A DNA stretch of 64,000 bases from Candidatus Woesearchaeota archaeon (GCA_043803105.1 JAZDKJ010000002.1:1-64000); one strand, 5' to 3'; positions 54,793-64,000 are shown, counted from the stretch's first letter. Translations and numbers: made by a program. Notes: generated by a model from the letters alone, not told the origin.

Positions 54793-55749
54793 CTATTTCA
54801 GGTATATGTTACCAAAGTCTTTGTGGTAGAAGTATTCATCCTCTGTTTGCGCACCTTCCTTGAGGTCTGTCATCTGCAACACCTTTGCGTCCAGTTGGTC
54901 TGCATAGTAGACAACAAGCGCTTCAGGAAAGCTTGGCTTCTTGTTGCTCCCATACTCCCCCATGTGTGTAAGCACCATGTGCAGCACCTTCAGCTTGAGG
55001 TCCTCAGGTAGGTGCAGTTGATCCATTACAGGTGATAGCATCTGCATTCCTATGGTCACATGGCCTAAGAGCATTCCTTTTGTGCTCACCCTGATGTTTG
55101 TCGTGACCACAAACTCATCCATCTTGCCCAGGTCATGGAGCAGCGCACCTGTTATGACCAGGTCCCTGTCAAGGCTTGGATGCACCTTTACAATGTCCTC
55201 TCCTAGTTTTGCCACACTAAGAGAGTGTTCCAAAAGCCCGCCAAGCCAACCATGGTGTATGTACATTGCTGCAGGGCTCTCCTTAAACCTTGCGGCAAAT
55301 TGCTGGTCAAGGAAAAAGTGCTCAAGAAGCTTTCTTAAGTCCTTGTCGCAGACGCTTTGCACATATGAAAGCAATTCCTTGTACATCTCCTCTACCTGCT
55401 TTGTTGTCTGCCTGACAAAGTCTCTTATATCATAATCCCCCTTTGTTATTACCTTGATGGTGTTCTGCTCGTTTGCAGAGATCTCCAGCTGGTTGTTCCA
55501 CTCATTCACCCTCCCCTGTGCAAGCACAACATCATCTGGCCTTATGAGTTCATACAGAAGTTTGACCTTTGCCTCTTCGCTTGGCCCCCAGTACTTGTAC
55601 ATTATTTCCTTTGAGCTGTCGCCAAGCCTAAGCTCGAATTTATAGCCGTTCTTGTAAGCCTCTATGGGCTTCTTGAACTTAACGACAAAGATGTCACTTA
55701 CCAGCTCATCTTTCTTCAAGTCTTTGATATATTGTTTTTTTGTGAGCAT
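54793..55749 (-). CDS. yhaM: YhaM/Cbf1-family 3'-5' exoribonuclease (OB plus HD)
   Basis: N-terminal OB fold, PAA...HH...GGLLEH, LLHDLGK, LLGH and ADQLD. Confidence 0.9.
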   Translation of the reverse strand: MLTKKQYIKDLKKDELVSDIFVVKFKKPIEAYKNGYKFELRLGDSSKEIMYKYWGPSEEAKVKLLYELIRPDDVVLAQGRVNEWNNQLEISANEQNTIKVITKGDYDIRDFVRQTTKQVEEMYKELLSYVQSVCDKDLRKLLEHFFLDQQFAARFKESPAAMYIHHGWLGGLLEHSLSVAKLGEDIVKVHPSLDRDLVITGALLHDLGKMDEFVVTTNIRVSTKGMLLGHVTIGMQMLSPVMDQLHLPEDLKLKVLHMVLTHMGEYGSNKKPSFPEALVVYYADQLDAKVLQMTDLKEGAQTEDEYFYHKDFGNIYLK

Positions 55750-55844
55750 TTACTGCTGTTAAGTCAGCAAGTTATATTAACTTTTCTAACGCAAAAGATT
55801 TAAAAACCACTCGTTCTTCTGTCTTGCTGAGGTGAAAAAATTCT

Positions 55845-58505
55845 ATGGCTTCGCAGCTTGACCGTCTCTTCAACCCCAAGACCATTGCCGTTATCGGGGC
55901 ATCTGAACGCCAGGATAGCGTTGGTTACGCAATCTTCCATAATCTTGGTTCCTATAAGGGAAAGGTCTACCCTATAAATCCTAAGCGTGACTCGATAAAC
56001 GGTGTAAAGGCCTATCCTCAGGTCAGCAATTGCCCTGAAAAGATTGACCTGGGAATCATTGCCACTCCCGCGGCAACCATTCCTCAAATTGTCGAAGATT
56101 GTGGCAAGTCTGGCGTTGCCGGCCTCGTCATAATCTCAGCTGGTTTTACAGAAGCTGGCAAGGATGGCCAATTGCTTGCAGACCAGGTCCTTGAGATTGC
56201 AAGAAAATATTCGATAAGGATCATCGGCCCTAACTGCCTTGGCTTTCTGAAGCCTTCCATCAGCCTTAATGCAAGTTTTTCAACAAAGATAATGCCTGCA
56301 GGCAGGGTTGCCTTCATTTCTCAGAGCGGCGCCTTGGGCACAGCAATCATTGACTGGGCTGTGCAGCGCAATATTGGCTTCAGCTATTTTGTCTCAGTTG
56401 GTTCGATGATTGACATTGGATTTCCCGACCTCATTGATTATTTTGGCTCTGACCCTGACACTACAACAATTCTCATCTATATGGAGACCATGAAGGATGC
56501 GAGAAGGTTTCTGAGCGCTGCACGTGCATTCACAAGGACAAAGCCAATAATTGTCCTTAAAGTCGGCAAGAGTGCTGAGGGCGCTAAGGCTGCCTTGTCT
56601 CACACCGGAAGTCTTGCAGGCAACGACGCTGTTTTCGACGCAGCATTCAGGCGGGCAGGAATTATCAGGGTCAAGACTGTAGAAGACCTTTTTGATTGCG
56701 CCCAGACACTTGCCCTGCAGAAAAGGCCTTTAGGTAAAAGGCTTGCAATCGTAACTAACGCCGGTGGCCCAGGCGTGATTGCCACTGATTATCTCATAGA
56801 AAAGGGCGGGGAGCTCGCAAAGATTTCTCCTGAGACCATAGAAAAGTTAAACTCTTTCCTTCCGCCCACCTGGAGCAAGGGAAATCCTGTTGATGTGTTG
56901 GGCGACGCAGACCATGAACGCTACAGGAAGGCGCTTGAACTTGTGATTGCAGAAAAAGGCAATGACGGCATCCTCATGATTCTCACCCCTCAGGCAATGA
57001 CTGACGCTCCTGCGATTGCCCGCGAGATTATCAGCCTTCCAAATCCTGAAAAGAAGACTTTGCTTGCTTCTTTCATCGGTGGAGATGATGTTAAGCTCGC
57101 CGTAGACATGCTTGAGAAGGGCGGCATCCCAACCTTTGTGATTCCAGAACACGCAGTGCGCTGCTTCATGTTTATGTATTCCTACTCAAGAAATCTTGAG
57201 CTGCTTTACGAAACCCCTGCGACAATTCCCCATGCATTCAAGCCTGATACCGAAAAGAATAGGGCTCTTATCCAGAAGATTGTCTCAGAAAACCGGTTTG
57301 TCTTGACAGAAATGGAATCAAAGCAGCTTGTGGCAAATTATGGCATTCCCGTTACCAAACATGCAGTTGCTAGGAGCCCAGCTGATGCTGCCAAGATTGC
57401 AGCAAAGATAGGCTTTCCTGTAGTGATGAAGATTCTCTCCCAGGACATTATCCACAAGACAAATGTTGGTGGTGTTAAGGTGGGCATTAAATCAGCTGCT
57501 GAGGCAAAATCTGCGTTCACCCAAATAATCTCTTCTGCAAAGAAGGCAATGCCAAAGGCAAGGATTGAGGGTGTATTTGTTGAGAAAATGGTCTCAAAGA
57601 AGTATGAGCTGCTGATTGGAGCAAAAAAAGATCCATTGTTCGGTCCTGTGATTGTCTTCGGCATGGGTGGTGTTGCAGTTGAAGTGTTCAAGGACACTAG
57701 CATAGGTCTGCCGCCACTAAATATGGCGCTCGCAATGCGCCTCATCAGCGAGACAACGATTTACAATCTTCTCAAGGGATACAGGGGCATGCCTGGTGTT
57801 GATCTGAAATCAATCCAGTTCCTTCTATACAAGTTTGCCTACCTTGTCATGGATTTCCCAGAGATTAAAGAGATAGACATCAACCCTTTTGCTGTTGACG
57901 AGTCCGGTGGCATCGTCCTTGATGCAAAGGTTGTGCTTGATGAGGCAGTCATCGGCAAGCCAGTGAAGCCGTATTCTCACATGGTAATCTCACCGTATCC
58001 AAAGGAATACATAATCAAATGGAAGACAAAGAAAGGCAAGCCTGTCATTATTCGCCCAATCAAGCCCGAAGACGAAGAGCTCTGCCGCGAGATGTTCTCA
58101 TCATTTTCAGAGGCAACACAAAGGCTCAGGTTTTTTACTGTCATCAAGGATATTTCGCACGACCTTCTTGTCAGGTTCACACAGATTGATTACGACAGGG
58201 AGATTTCCCTGGTTGCAGAGGTCGAGGAAAAGCGCAAAAAAAAGATTATAGGTTTGGTGAGGCTTGTGCAGAACCTGTCTGACAGTTCTGCGGAGTTCTC
58301 CCTTGTTGTCTCTGACAGCCTTCAGGGGCAGGGCCTTGGCAGCAAGTTCACAGACTATATTCTTGAGATAGCAAAGGGCCGCAATATCAAGAGGGTTTAT
58401 GCTGATTTCTCGTTTGACAACGCCCCAATAAGCAGCATCTTCAAGAAAAGGGGCTTTAGGCTAACGCCAAATCATGAGAAGGTGCATGCTGAGCTAGACC
58501 TTTAA
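55845..58505 (+). CDS. ADP-forming acetate--CoA ligase (alpha/beta fusion) with C-terminal GNAT domain (Pat/PatZ architecture)
   Basis: IAVIGAS, IGPNCLG, SQSGA, SHTGSLAG, TNAGGPG, NPVDVLGDA, ATP-grasp HKTNVGGV and EIDINP, and GNAT motif QGQGLG. Confidence 0.93.
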   Translation: MASQLDRLFNPKTIAVIGASERQDSVGYAIFHNLGSYKGKVYPINPKRDSINGVKAYPQVSNCPEKIDLGIIATPAATIPQIVEDCGKSGVAGLVIISAGFTEAGKDGQLLADQVLEIARKYSIRIIGPNCLGFLKPSISLNASFSTKIMPAGRVAFISQSGALGTAIIDWAVQRNIGFSYFVSVGSMIDIGFPDLIDYFGSDPDTTTILIYMETMKDARRFLSAARAFTRTKPIIVLKVGKSAEGAKAALSHTGSLAGNDAVFDAAFRRAGIIRVKTVEDLFDCAQTLALQKRPLGKRLAIVTNAGGPGVIATDYLIEKGGELAKISPETIEKLNSFLPPTWSKGNPVDVLGDADHERYRKALELVIAEKGNDGILMILTPQAMTDAPAIAREIISLPNPEKKTLLASFIGGDDVKLAVDMLEKGGIPTFVIPEHAVRCFMFMYSYSRNLELLYETPATIPHAFKPDTEKNRALIQKIVSENRFVLTEMESKQLVANYGIPVTKHAVARSPADAAKIAAKIGFPVVMKILSQDIIHKTNVGGVKVGIKSAAEAKSAFTQIISSAKKAMPKARIEGVFVEKMVSKKYELLIGAKKDPLFGPVIVFGMGGVAVEVFKDTSIGLPPLNMALAMRLISETTIYNLLKGYRGMPGVDLKSIQFLLYKFAYLVMDFPEIKEIDINPFAVDESGGIVLDAKVVLDEAVIGKPVKPYSHMVISPYPKEYIIKWKTKKGKPVIIRPIKPEDEELCREMFSSFSEATQRLRFFTVIKDISHDLLVRFTQIDYDREISLVAEVEEKRKKKIIGLVRLVQNLSDSSAEFSLVVSDSLQGQGLGSKFTDYILEIAKGRNIKRVYADFSFDNAPISSIFKKRGFRLTPNHEKVHAELDL

Positions 58506-58606
58506 TTGTCTTTTTATGCTTAAAGCTCATGAATTAGTTACTTTAAAATACTTCTTAGGGCTATGAAACTGCCAGTGGTGGCTCAAGATTGTATAAGGTG
58601 AACAAA

Positions 58607-58807
58607 ATGGGAAAGTGTCCACAATGCCTAGGCGACAATACCAAATTTGTGCAATACATGGGCATAAACTGCCTTGTGTGCAATGACTGCGGCTACAGTG
58701 AGATTGAGAACCTGGAGGTATATCCTGAAGACCGCGGCTCACAGAAGGCAAAGGCAAGATACTCTTCCTATAAGGCGGGCGGCCCAAGAAGGACTGTGCA
58801 GCACTAG
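58607..58807 (+). CDS. Small Zn-ribbon protein
   Basis: SD AGGTGA; CPQC...CNDCGY followed by a basic tail. Confidence 0.72.
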   Translation: MGKCPQCLGDNTKFVQYMGINCLVCNDCGYSEIENLEVYPEDRGSQKAKARYSSYKAGGPRRTVQH

Positions 58808-58930
58808 GTCGGCAATCCTGCTAAGACAGATTTAGTTAAAACTGTTTTTATAGACTTAAAGCAAAGCTTGTTAACGCGGTGGAAAAGCATTTAAACCAAA
58901 GAATCTTCTTTGAGTCAGGGGTGATATGCT

Positions 58931-59077
58931 ATGGCTGAAAAGAGATTCTTTAGGTGTAAGGTTTGTGGCGATATTCATTTTGGTGCTGCAGGGCCTGAGA
59001 TCTGCCCAACATGCCACACCAAGAATGCATATCTTCCTGTTAGTATGGAAGAGGCGAAAAAACAGATGAAGTTTTAG
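58931..59077 (+). CDS. Rubredoxin-like protein (48 aa), not in ORF track
   Basis: MAEKRFFRCKVCGDIHFGAAGPEICPTCHTKNAY..., with SD GGGGTGA. It ends 12 nt before sod. Confidence 0.8.
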   Translation: MAEKRFFRCKVCGDIHFGAAGPEICPTCHTKNAYLPVSMEEAKKQMKF

Positions 59078-59089
59078 CAAGGTGAAACC

Positions 59090-59680
59090 ATGGATAAGGT
59101 CTATGAATTACCAAAGCTAGCGTTTGCTTATGATGCTCTCGCTCCTCACATTTCAGAACAGCAGCTGACTATACATCATCAAAAGCACCATCAGGCTTAT
59201 GTCAATGCAGCAAACAAGATTCTCGAAAGGATTGACCAGGCAAGAAAGGACAACATCGACATCGATATGAAGGCAACCTTGAAAGACCTTTCTTTTCAAA
59301 TTGGAGGCCATCTCCTTCATTCTTTATTCTGGGAAAACCTTTCACCTAAAGGTGGAGGTGTGCCTGGAGGAAGGATTGCACAGCTGATTGAAAAAGAATT
59401 TGGGAGCTTTGACCGCTTCAAGAAGGAATTTACGCAGGCAGCAGCGATGGTAGAAGGCTCAGGTTGGGCTGCGTTGACATTCTGCAAGCTCACAAATCGG
59501 CCTATCATAATGCAGATTGAGAAGCACAACACAAACGTCTATCCTATGTTCAACATTCTACTTGTCCTTGATGTCTTCGAGCATGCCTACTACCTTGACT
59601 ACAAAAATGACAGGGCAAAGTTCATCGAGGCTTTCTGGAATATAGTCAATTGGGATGCTGTGAACAAAAGATTGGGTTGA
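59090..59680 (+). CDS. sod: Fe/Mn superoxide dismutase
   Basis: [29 protein letters not shown] and DVFEHAYY. Confidence 0.97.
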   Translation: MDKVYELPKLAFAYDALAPHISEQQLTIHHQKHHQAYVNAANKILERIDQARKDNIDIDMKATLKDLSFQIGGHLLHSLFWENLSPKGGGVPGGRIAQLIEKEFGSFDRFKKEFTQAAAMVEGSGWAALTFCKLTNRPIIMQIEKHNTNVYPMFNILLVLDVFEHAYYLDYKNDRAKFIEAFWNIVNWDAVNKRLG

Positions 59681-59756
59681 GAAGCCGAGTAGACAAAAGG
59701 AGTCAATACAGGTAATAGGTTGCTTGTTTCTAATTTGTATTCGAGCACCAAAGAAG

Positions 59757-60131
59757 TTCAAGGCGCCGAGGATTTGTATCTACCATCAAATGGAAATATT
59801 TATATGAATGGGGCAGATACCTATAAAGGATGGAGCTACCAGAAAAGTTCACGGGGAACCATTTTGTGGAAGTCTATCAAAGGCGAGATGGTCCTTATGA
59901 TGCAGTATTTATTACAGGTATAGGGCCTGATGGCATTGACGAGTCCCGTCAAGTAAGGCAACTGAGGCGGGGAATAGGTGACAGGTTCGTTTGTTATTTT
60001 GCTCGCAAAAATCGAGATTTCTACATGAAAGTTATGGATTGGGCTGCAAAGTTGGATCCTAAAGAACAGCTTCAAAGTTGTCAGATTGAACTTTCAGATA
60101 TTCTACAATAAATATATCCGGGCGCCTTGAA
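59757..60131. repeat. Inverted repeat pair bracketing an orphan ORF
   Basis: TTCAAGGCGCC (59757-59767) and GGCGCCTTGAA (60121-60131), with imperfect inward extension. Confidence 0.45.
59830..60111 (+). CDS. Hypothetical protein
   Basis: 93-aa ORF with a TTTATAT box ~30 nt upstream. Confidence 0.55.
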   Translation: MELPEKFTGNHFVEVYQRRDGPYDAVFITGIGPDGIDESRQVRQLRRGIGDRFVCYFARKNRDFYMKVMDWAAKLDPKEQLQSCQIELSDILQ

Positions 60132-60231
60132 TTGAACATAATCGGTGTTAAATTGCCCGAAGCCAGAGGACGAGGAGCGGAGAAGTCCGGAAAACGCAAT
60201 ATTTTAAAGGTAGAGTTGATTCTCAATAATC

Positions 60232-60504
60232 ATGATACAACCAAATTTTGATTATTTACTTCAGGAGTATGGTGCAATGAAAGATATTACTGAAGAAGGT
60301 GTAGCTGGACAGACTAGATATAGGATGAAAGGCGAAAAGGGATGGATGTCCAGAGAAAGAGTATATGGAGTCTTAGTAGCTACATATAGAGCAATTGAAG
60401 AATCTAGGCGTATTGGTGAAGCAAAGAAATTACGGGCATTGGAGGACGCATTTGGACCGGATGAACTTGTGGATCCAATTGCTTTAGGTGTGCCTCTTGG
60501 GTAA
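60232..60504 (+). CDS. Hypothetical protein
   Basis: 90-aa AT-rich ORF with a TTTTAAA box upstream and a T-tract downstream. Confidence 0.55.
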   Translation: MIQPNFDYLLQEYGAMKDITEEGVAGQTRYRMKGEKGWMSRERVYGVLVATYRAIEESRRIGEAKKLRALEDAFGPDELVDPIALGVPLG

Positions 60505-60675
60505 TCTTGTTTTTTCTGAATTACATATCATATAAGCCATTCAGCGAAGTTGCGAGGCTATCTGTTGCGAACCACCTGAGGGCACTTCCTTTTTTTCATT
60601 CTGTAAAAAGTATCACAAGGAAATTCATTTAACGATTGTAAAATCTTAAAAAGGTATGCTTGTTCTGGAGATTTT

Positions 60676-61929
60676 ATGACCTCAGTTTTTATCAAGACTT
60701 TCGGTTGCAGCCTTAACCAGGCAGATTCAGAGATAATGACCGGAATCCTGCAAAAGGCTGGCTTTGAAATTGTTTCTGAACCAAGCAACGCAGACTGCAT
60801 TATAATCAATTCATGTGCTGTTAAGGCCAAGACCCAGCAAAAATTCTTTAGCTATCTCGCAGAGATAAAGAAGCTCAACAAGCAAATAATTGTTGCCGGC
60901 TGCATTCCCCAGGCAACTCCTGAGCTTGTTGATAGTTGTTCTCTGGTCGGGCCTCAAAATATCCACAATATTGCTGCTGCGGTGCAAAGGACCTTGCGAG
61001 GAGAGAGAGTGCGCTACCTCATCCCTGAAGAACTTGACAAGCTAAGCCTTCCTAGCATCAGAAAAAACCCCCTTATCAAGATTATTCCGATTGCCGAAGG
61101 TTGTCCCGGAGCCTGCAGTTACTGCTGTGTGAAGAGAGCTCGAGGCAATTTGGTTTCAAATCCGCCAGACCAAATTGTCAAAACAGCAAAAAATGCCTTG
61201 AAGGACGGTGTTCGTGAGATCTGGCTTGCCGCCCAGGATACAGGTTGCTATGGTAAGGATATAAAGACAAATCTCCCGAATCTCCTTGGGCAGATTTCTT
61301 CAATAGAAGGAGAATTCTTCGCAAGGGTTGGAATGATGAATCCAAACCATTTGACAGAGTTTCTTGATGAGTTGATTGAGGCTTACAAGAGTGACAAGGT
61401 CTTCAAGTTTATCCATATTCCGGTGCAGTCTGGAAATGATAAGGTTCTGAAAAGAATGAACCGGTATTATAGTGTGAAGGATTTTCGGTCAGTTGTTGGA
61501 GAGTTGAAAAAACGCGTTCCACACCTCACTCTGGCCACAGATATTATTTGTGGTTTTCCAGGCGAGACTCATTTGCAGTTTCAGGATTCCTTGAGTTTAA
61601 TCAAGGAAGTAAAGCCTGATGTACTGAACATCTCAAGGTTCGGGAAAAGGCCCCACACCCTCGCTGCCTCTATGCAAGAGCTGCCTTCTGAAGAAACAAA
61701 GAGAAGAAGCGCCTTGATGACATTTGAGTGGAAGAAAATTGCTTTGGAGAATAATAACAGATGGATTGGTTGGAAGGGCAAGGTTACTGTGGATGAGAAA
61801 GGCAAGGGTAATTCCTGGGTTGCAAGGAATTTTGCCTACAAGCCTATTATCTTGCAAGGCAATCATTTCTTGGGAGAAAGGGTCACAACAAAAATAGTGT
61901 CAGTCACAGCAAACGACCTTCGTTCATAA
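60676..61929 (+). CDS. mtaB: Radical SAM tRNA methylthiotransferase (archaeal e-MtaB/CDKAL1 type)
   Basis: UPF0004 motif TFGCSLNQADSE, CPGACSYC, HIPVQSG, TDIICGFPGET and a C-terminal TRAM domain. Confidence 0.9.
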   Translation: MTSVFIKTFGCSLNQADSEIMTGILQKAGFEIVSEPSNADCIIINSCAVKAKTQQKFFSYLAEIKKLNKQIIVAGCIPQATPELVDSCSLVGPQNIHNIAAAVQRTLRGERVRYLIPEELDKLSLPSIRKNPLIKIIPIAEGCPGACSYCCVKRARGNLVSNPPDQIVKTAKNALKDGVREIWLAAQDTGCYGKDIKTNLPNLLGQISSIEGEFFARVGMMNPNHLTEFLDELIEAYKSDKVFKFIHIPVQSGNDKVLKRMNRYYSVKDFRSVVGELKKRVPHLTLATDIICGFPGETHLQFQDSLSLIKEVKPDVLNISRFGKRPHTLAASMQELPSEETKRRSALMTFEWKKIALENNNRWIGWKGKVTVDEKGKGNSWVARNFAYKPIILQGNHFLGERVTTKIVSVTANDLRS

Positions 61930-61931
61930 AA

Positions 61932-62012
61932 ATCATATATCATCATACTTCATCATACAATCAAAAGCTTTAAATATAACCACCTCCTGCGACATCATAC
62001 TTTATCATACAA
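61932..62012 (+). promoter_or_regulatory. Phased ATCATA direct repeats flanking a TATA box (candidate RHH operator)
   Basis: ATCATA occurs at 61932, 61942, 61952, 61994 and 62004. The 20-mer CATCATACTTyATCATACAA occurs at 61941 and 61993, and TTTAAATA at 61969. Confidence 0.7.
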
Positions 62013-62023
62013 CCGGGGTTAAT

Positions 62024-62860
62024 ATGAAGGAACGCGTCACTGTAACACTTGAGGCCGATATTCTCCAGCATATAGACAAGATGATTGACGGCACCCAAAT
62101 CAAGAACAGGAGTCATGCTGTAGAGCTACTGCTTGTCAGGGCTTTAGGAGCACACGTTCCCAAGAAGGCTGTTATTCTTGCCGGAGGCGAGGGGACAAGG
62201 CTTAGGCCTCTGACTTATGAGATACCAAAAGCCCTGATTCCAGTTCATGACCGCACTCTTACAGAGCATCTCTTTGACCTTTTGAAGAAGTATGGTATCA
62301 CAGACATTACACTCGCCGTGGGCCATATGAGGGACAAGATTATGCGCTTCTACGGCGACGGAACACGATTCGGGATAAAGCTTGCTTACATTGAGGAGGA
62401 CACCCCGCTCGGAACAGCAGGCCCTCTCAGGCTGGCAAAAGACGATTTCAAAGATTCTTTCATTGTTTCAAACGGGGATGAGCTCAAGAACATCAACATT
62501 GAAGAGATGTACAAGGTGCATAAGCAAAACAATGCCCTGGCAACCATTGCCCTTACCACAGTAGATGATCCATCGCAGTATGGTGTTGCACGCCTCGACG
62601 GAGCCAGGATTCTTGAATTCGTTGAAAAGCCCTCAAAAGAAGATGCTCCCTCAAACCTTATCAATTCTGGATTTTATATCATTGAACCTGAAGTTATAGA
62701 CCTGATACCCAAGGGCAAGGCCATGTTTGAGACTGATGTCTTTCCAAAGCTTGCCAAGCGCGGAAAGCTCTTTGGCTATCCATTTTCTGGGCAATGGTTT
62801 GACACTGGTAACATTGAGCGTTACGAGAAAGCAATAAAGAACTGGAAGGACCTAAAATGA
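62024..62860 (+). CDS. Sugar-phosphate nucleotidyltransferase (mannose-1-P guanylyltransferase-like) with N-terminal ribbon-helix-helix domain
   Basis: KERVTVTLEADILQHIDKMI...NRSHAVELLL (RHH), then ILAGGEGTRLRPLT...PK, PLGTAG, NGD, FVEKP and WFDTG. Confidence 0.9.
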   Translation: MKERVTVTLEADILQHIDKMIDGTQIKNRSHAVELLLVRALGAHVPKKAVILAGGEGTRLRPLTYEIPKALIPVHDRTLTEHLFDLLKKYGITDITLAVGHMRDKIMRFYGDGTRFGIKLAYIEEDTPLGTAGPLRLAKDDFKDSFIVSNGDELKNINIEEMYKVHKQNNALATIALTTVDDPSQYGVARLDGARILEFVEKPSKEDAPSNLINSGFYIIEPEVIDLIPKGKAMFETDVFPKLAKRGKLFGYPFSGQWFDTGNIERYEKAIKNWKDLK

Positions 62861-63243
62861 TGAGTGGGTTGGTTTGCGATGAAAACAATCCGTCAAAGAT
62901 TGTCGACAAACCATGGGGAAGAGAGCTTTGGCTTGAGGTAAATCCCTTTTACGTATTGAAAATTCTCGAGGTCAAGAAGGGCTGTGCCTTCTCGCTCCAG
63001 TACCACCGTGAGAAGCATGAGACCTGGTATTTCCTCGAAGGCTCTGCAGAGGTTGTGCACGGTGATTCTTCAATTATAGCTACAAAAGGCAGAATCATTG
63101 TTGTGCCGCCCCATACAATCCATAGGATTACTGCAAAGGAATTCACAAGGTTTGTCGAGGTTTCCACTCCGCAATTGACTGATGTAGTCAGATTGGCAGA
63201 CGATTACGGCAGGCCGAGCGAGGATTTGGCAGATAGCATCTAG
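62857..63243 (+). CDS. Cupin, type II mannose-6-phosphate isomerase-like
   Basis: KPWG, SLQYHREKHETW, HRI, EVSTP and DVVRLADDYGR. ATGA overlap with the upstream gene. Confidence 0.85.
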   Translation: MMSGLVCDENNPSKIVDKPWGRELWLEVNPFYVLKILEVKKGCAFSLQYHREKHETWYFLEGSAEVVHGDSSIIATKGRIIVVPPHTIHRITAKEFTRFVEVSTPQLTDVVRLADDYGRPSEDLADSI

Positions 63244-63310
63244 GGCTTAGAGCCCATTGATTAGGATGATTTAACGACTTAGAGGTATCCATGCAAAGAG
63301 GTGTTATAAA

Positions 63311-63592
63311 ATGATTGAAATACCAAAGCCATGGGGCAAGAAGACCTTGCTCTTGAACAACCATCATTATTGTCTGAAGTTGATCGAACTGGACAAGGAG
63401 GCTGTGCTTCCCTTAAAATGGAACGAGAGAAAGCACGAGACCCTCTATGTGGTGGACGGAAAGGTTCATGTGAGAAAGCATGGTGACTCCTTCATTGCTG
63501 AGAAAGGCCGTGTGATAGACATACCTCCTGGAACCCTGCATACACTTACAGCCCTTGAGTTCACTAGACTATTTGATGTCTCAACACCATAG
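63311..63592 (+). CDS. Second, shorter cupin paralogue
   Basis: KPWG, KHETLY, IPPGTLH and DVSTP, with SD GAGGTG. It lacks the first metal His and the C-terminal DYGR motif. Confidence 0.75.
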   Translation: MIEIPKPWGKKTLLLNNHHYCLKLIELDKEAVLPLKWNERKHETLYVVDGKVHVRKHGDSFIAEKGRVIDIPPGTLHTLTALEFTRLFDVSTP

Positions 63593-63627
63593 CAAAATTT
63601 TTAAGTGAACCGATTTAACCTTTCACA

Positions 63628-64000
63628 ATGCTAGAACCGTCAATTTTCAAGGCTTATGACATAAGAGGCGTTTTCGGCAAGGATTTTGACGAGCAATTTG
63701 CCTACAAGCTTGGCCTCGCATTTCCAGGACTTCTCAGGGAAAAAGAGAAGAAAGCCCTGACTGTTGTGGTGGGCTCTGATATGAGACTCTCCTCTCCAGT
63801 CCTCAAGAGGCATCTCATTGACGGCCTCCTCGACGCTGGTGTTGATGTTGTTGACATCGGTCTTTCACCCACACCCACTTTCTATTTTGCTGTTGCGCAC
63901 TACAAGTATGATGGTGGTATCCTTGTCTCTGCCTCTCACAATCCAAAGGAGTATAACGGGTTCAAGCTTGTCCGCGCCCGGGCCTTGCCAGTGAGCAGGG
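63628..64000 (+). CDS. manB: Phosphomannomutase/phosphoglucomutase (3'-truncated by window edge)
   Basis: Manual translation gives MLEPSIFKAYDIRG...GSDMRLSS...PTP...SASHNPKEYNGFK, which includes the catalytic Ser loop. Confidence 0.93.
   Translation, partial: MLEPSIFKAYDIRGVFGKDFDEQFAYKLGLAFPGLLREKEKKALTVVVGSDMRLSSPVLKRHLIDGLLDAGVDVVDIGLSPTPTFYFAVAHYKYDGGILVSASHNPKEYNGFKLVRARALPVSR

Noticed and set aside
60160-60200. GAGAAGTCCGG resembling the RNase P RNA GAGGAAAGUCC motif
   Set aside because: The match is imperfect, no complementary 3' P4 strand is visible, and an AT-rich ORF follows immediately.

Overview
This window looks like chromosomal DNA from a small archaeon, most likely DPANN (Woesearchaeota/Pacearchaeota-like). 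That assignment is inferred from TATA-type promoters, GGAGGTGA/GGGGTGA ribosome-binding sites, T-tract terminators, two TrmB regulators, EndoQ, an archaeal-type MtaB and Rad50. The first ~30 kb is a cell-surface locus. It holds a 5'-truncated Cys-rich giant protein ending in a ~335-aa domain, a stand-alone secreted paralogue of that domain, a membrane-anchored serpin and a 2366-aa beta-helix/Cys-repeat protein. It ends in a three-gene operon encoding an Ig-like membrane anchor, a MopE-repeat protein and a 3367-aa cadherin-like adhesin. The pairing of a small subunit with the same domain on a giant stalk suggests an undescribed surface-fibre system, which is inference. The rest is housekeeping and accessory genes: rad50, corA, HAD phosphatase, S8 protease plus a candidate inhibitor, pyrF, metG, hicBA, endoQ, dus, CDF transporter, AAA_28 pair, PD-(D/E)XK nuclease, yhaM, acetate-CoA ligase/GNAT, SOD, mtaB and a GDP-mannose cluster. 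Reading the DNA also revealed three short ORFs absent from the track, a long intergenic hairpin, paired operator palindromes and phased repeats at an RHH-enzyme fusion. No rRNA, tRNA, CRISPR array or transposase was recognised. All family calls are by motif recognition only; no searches were run.
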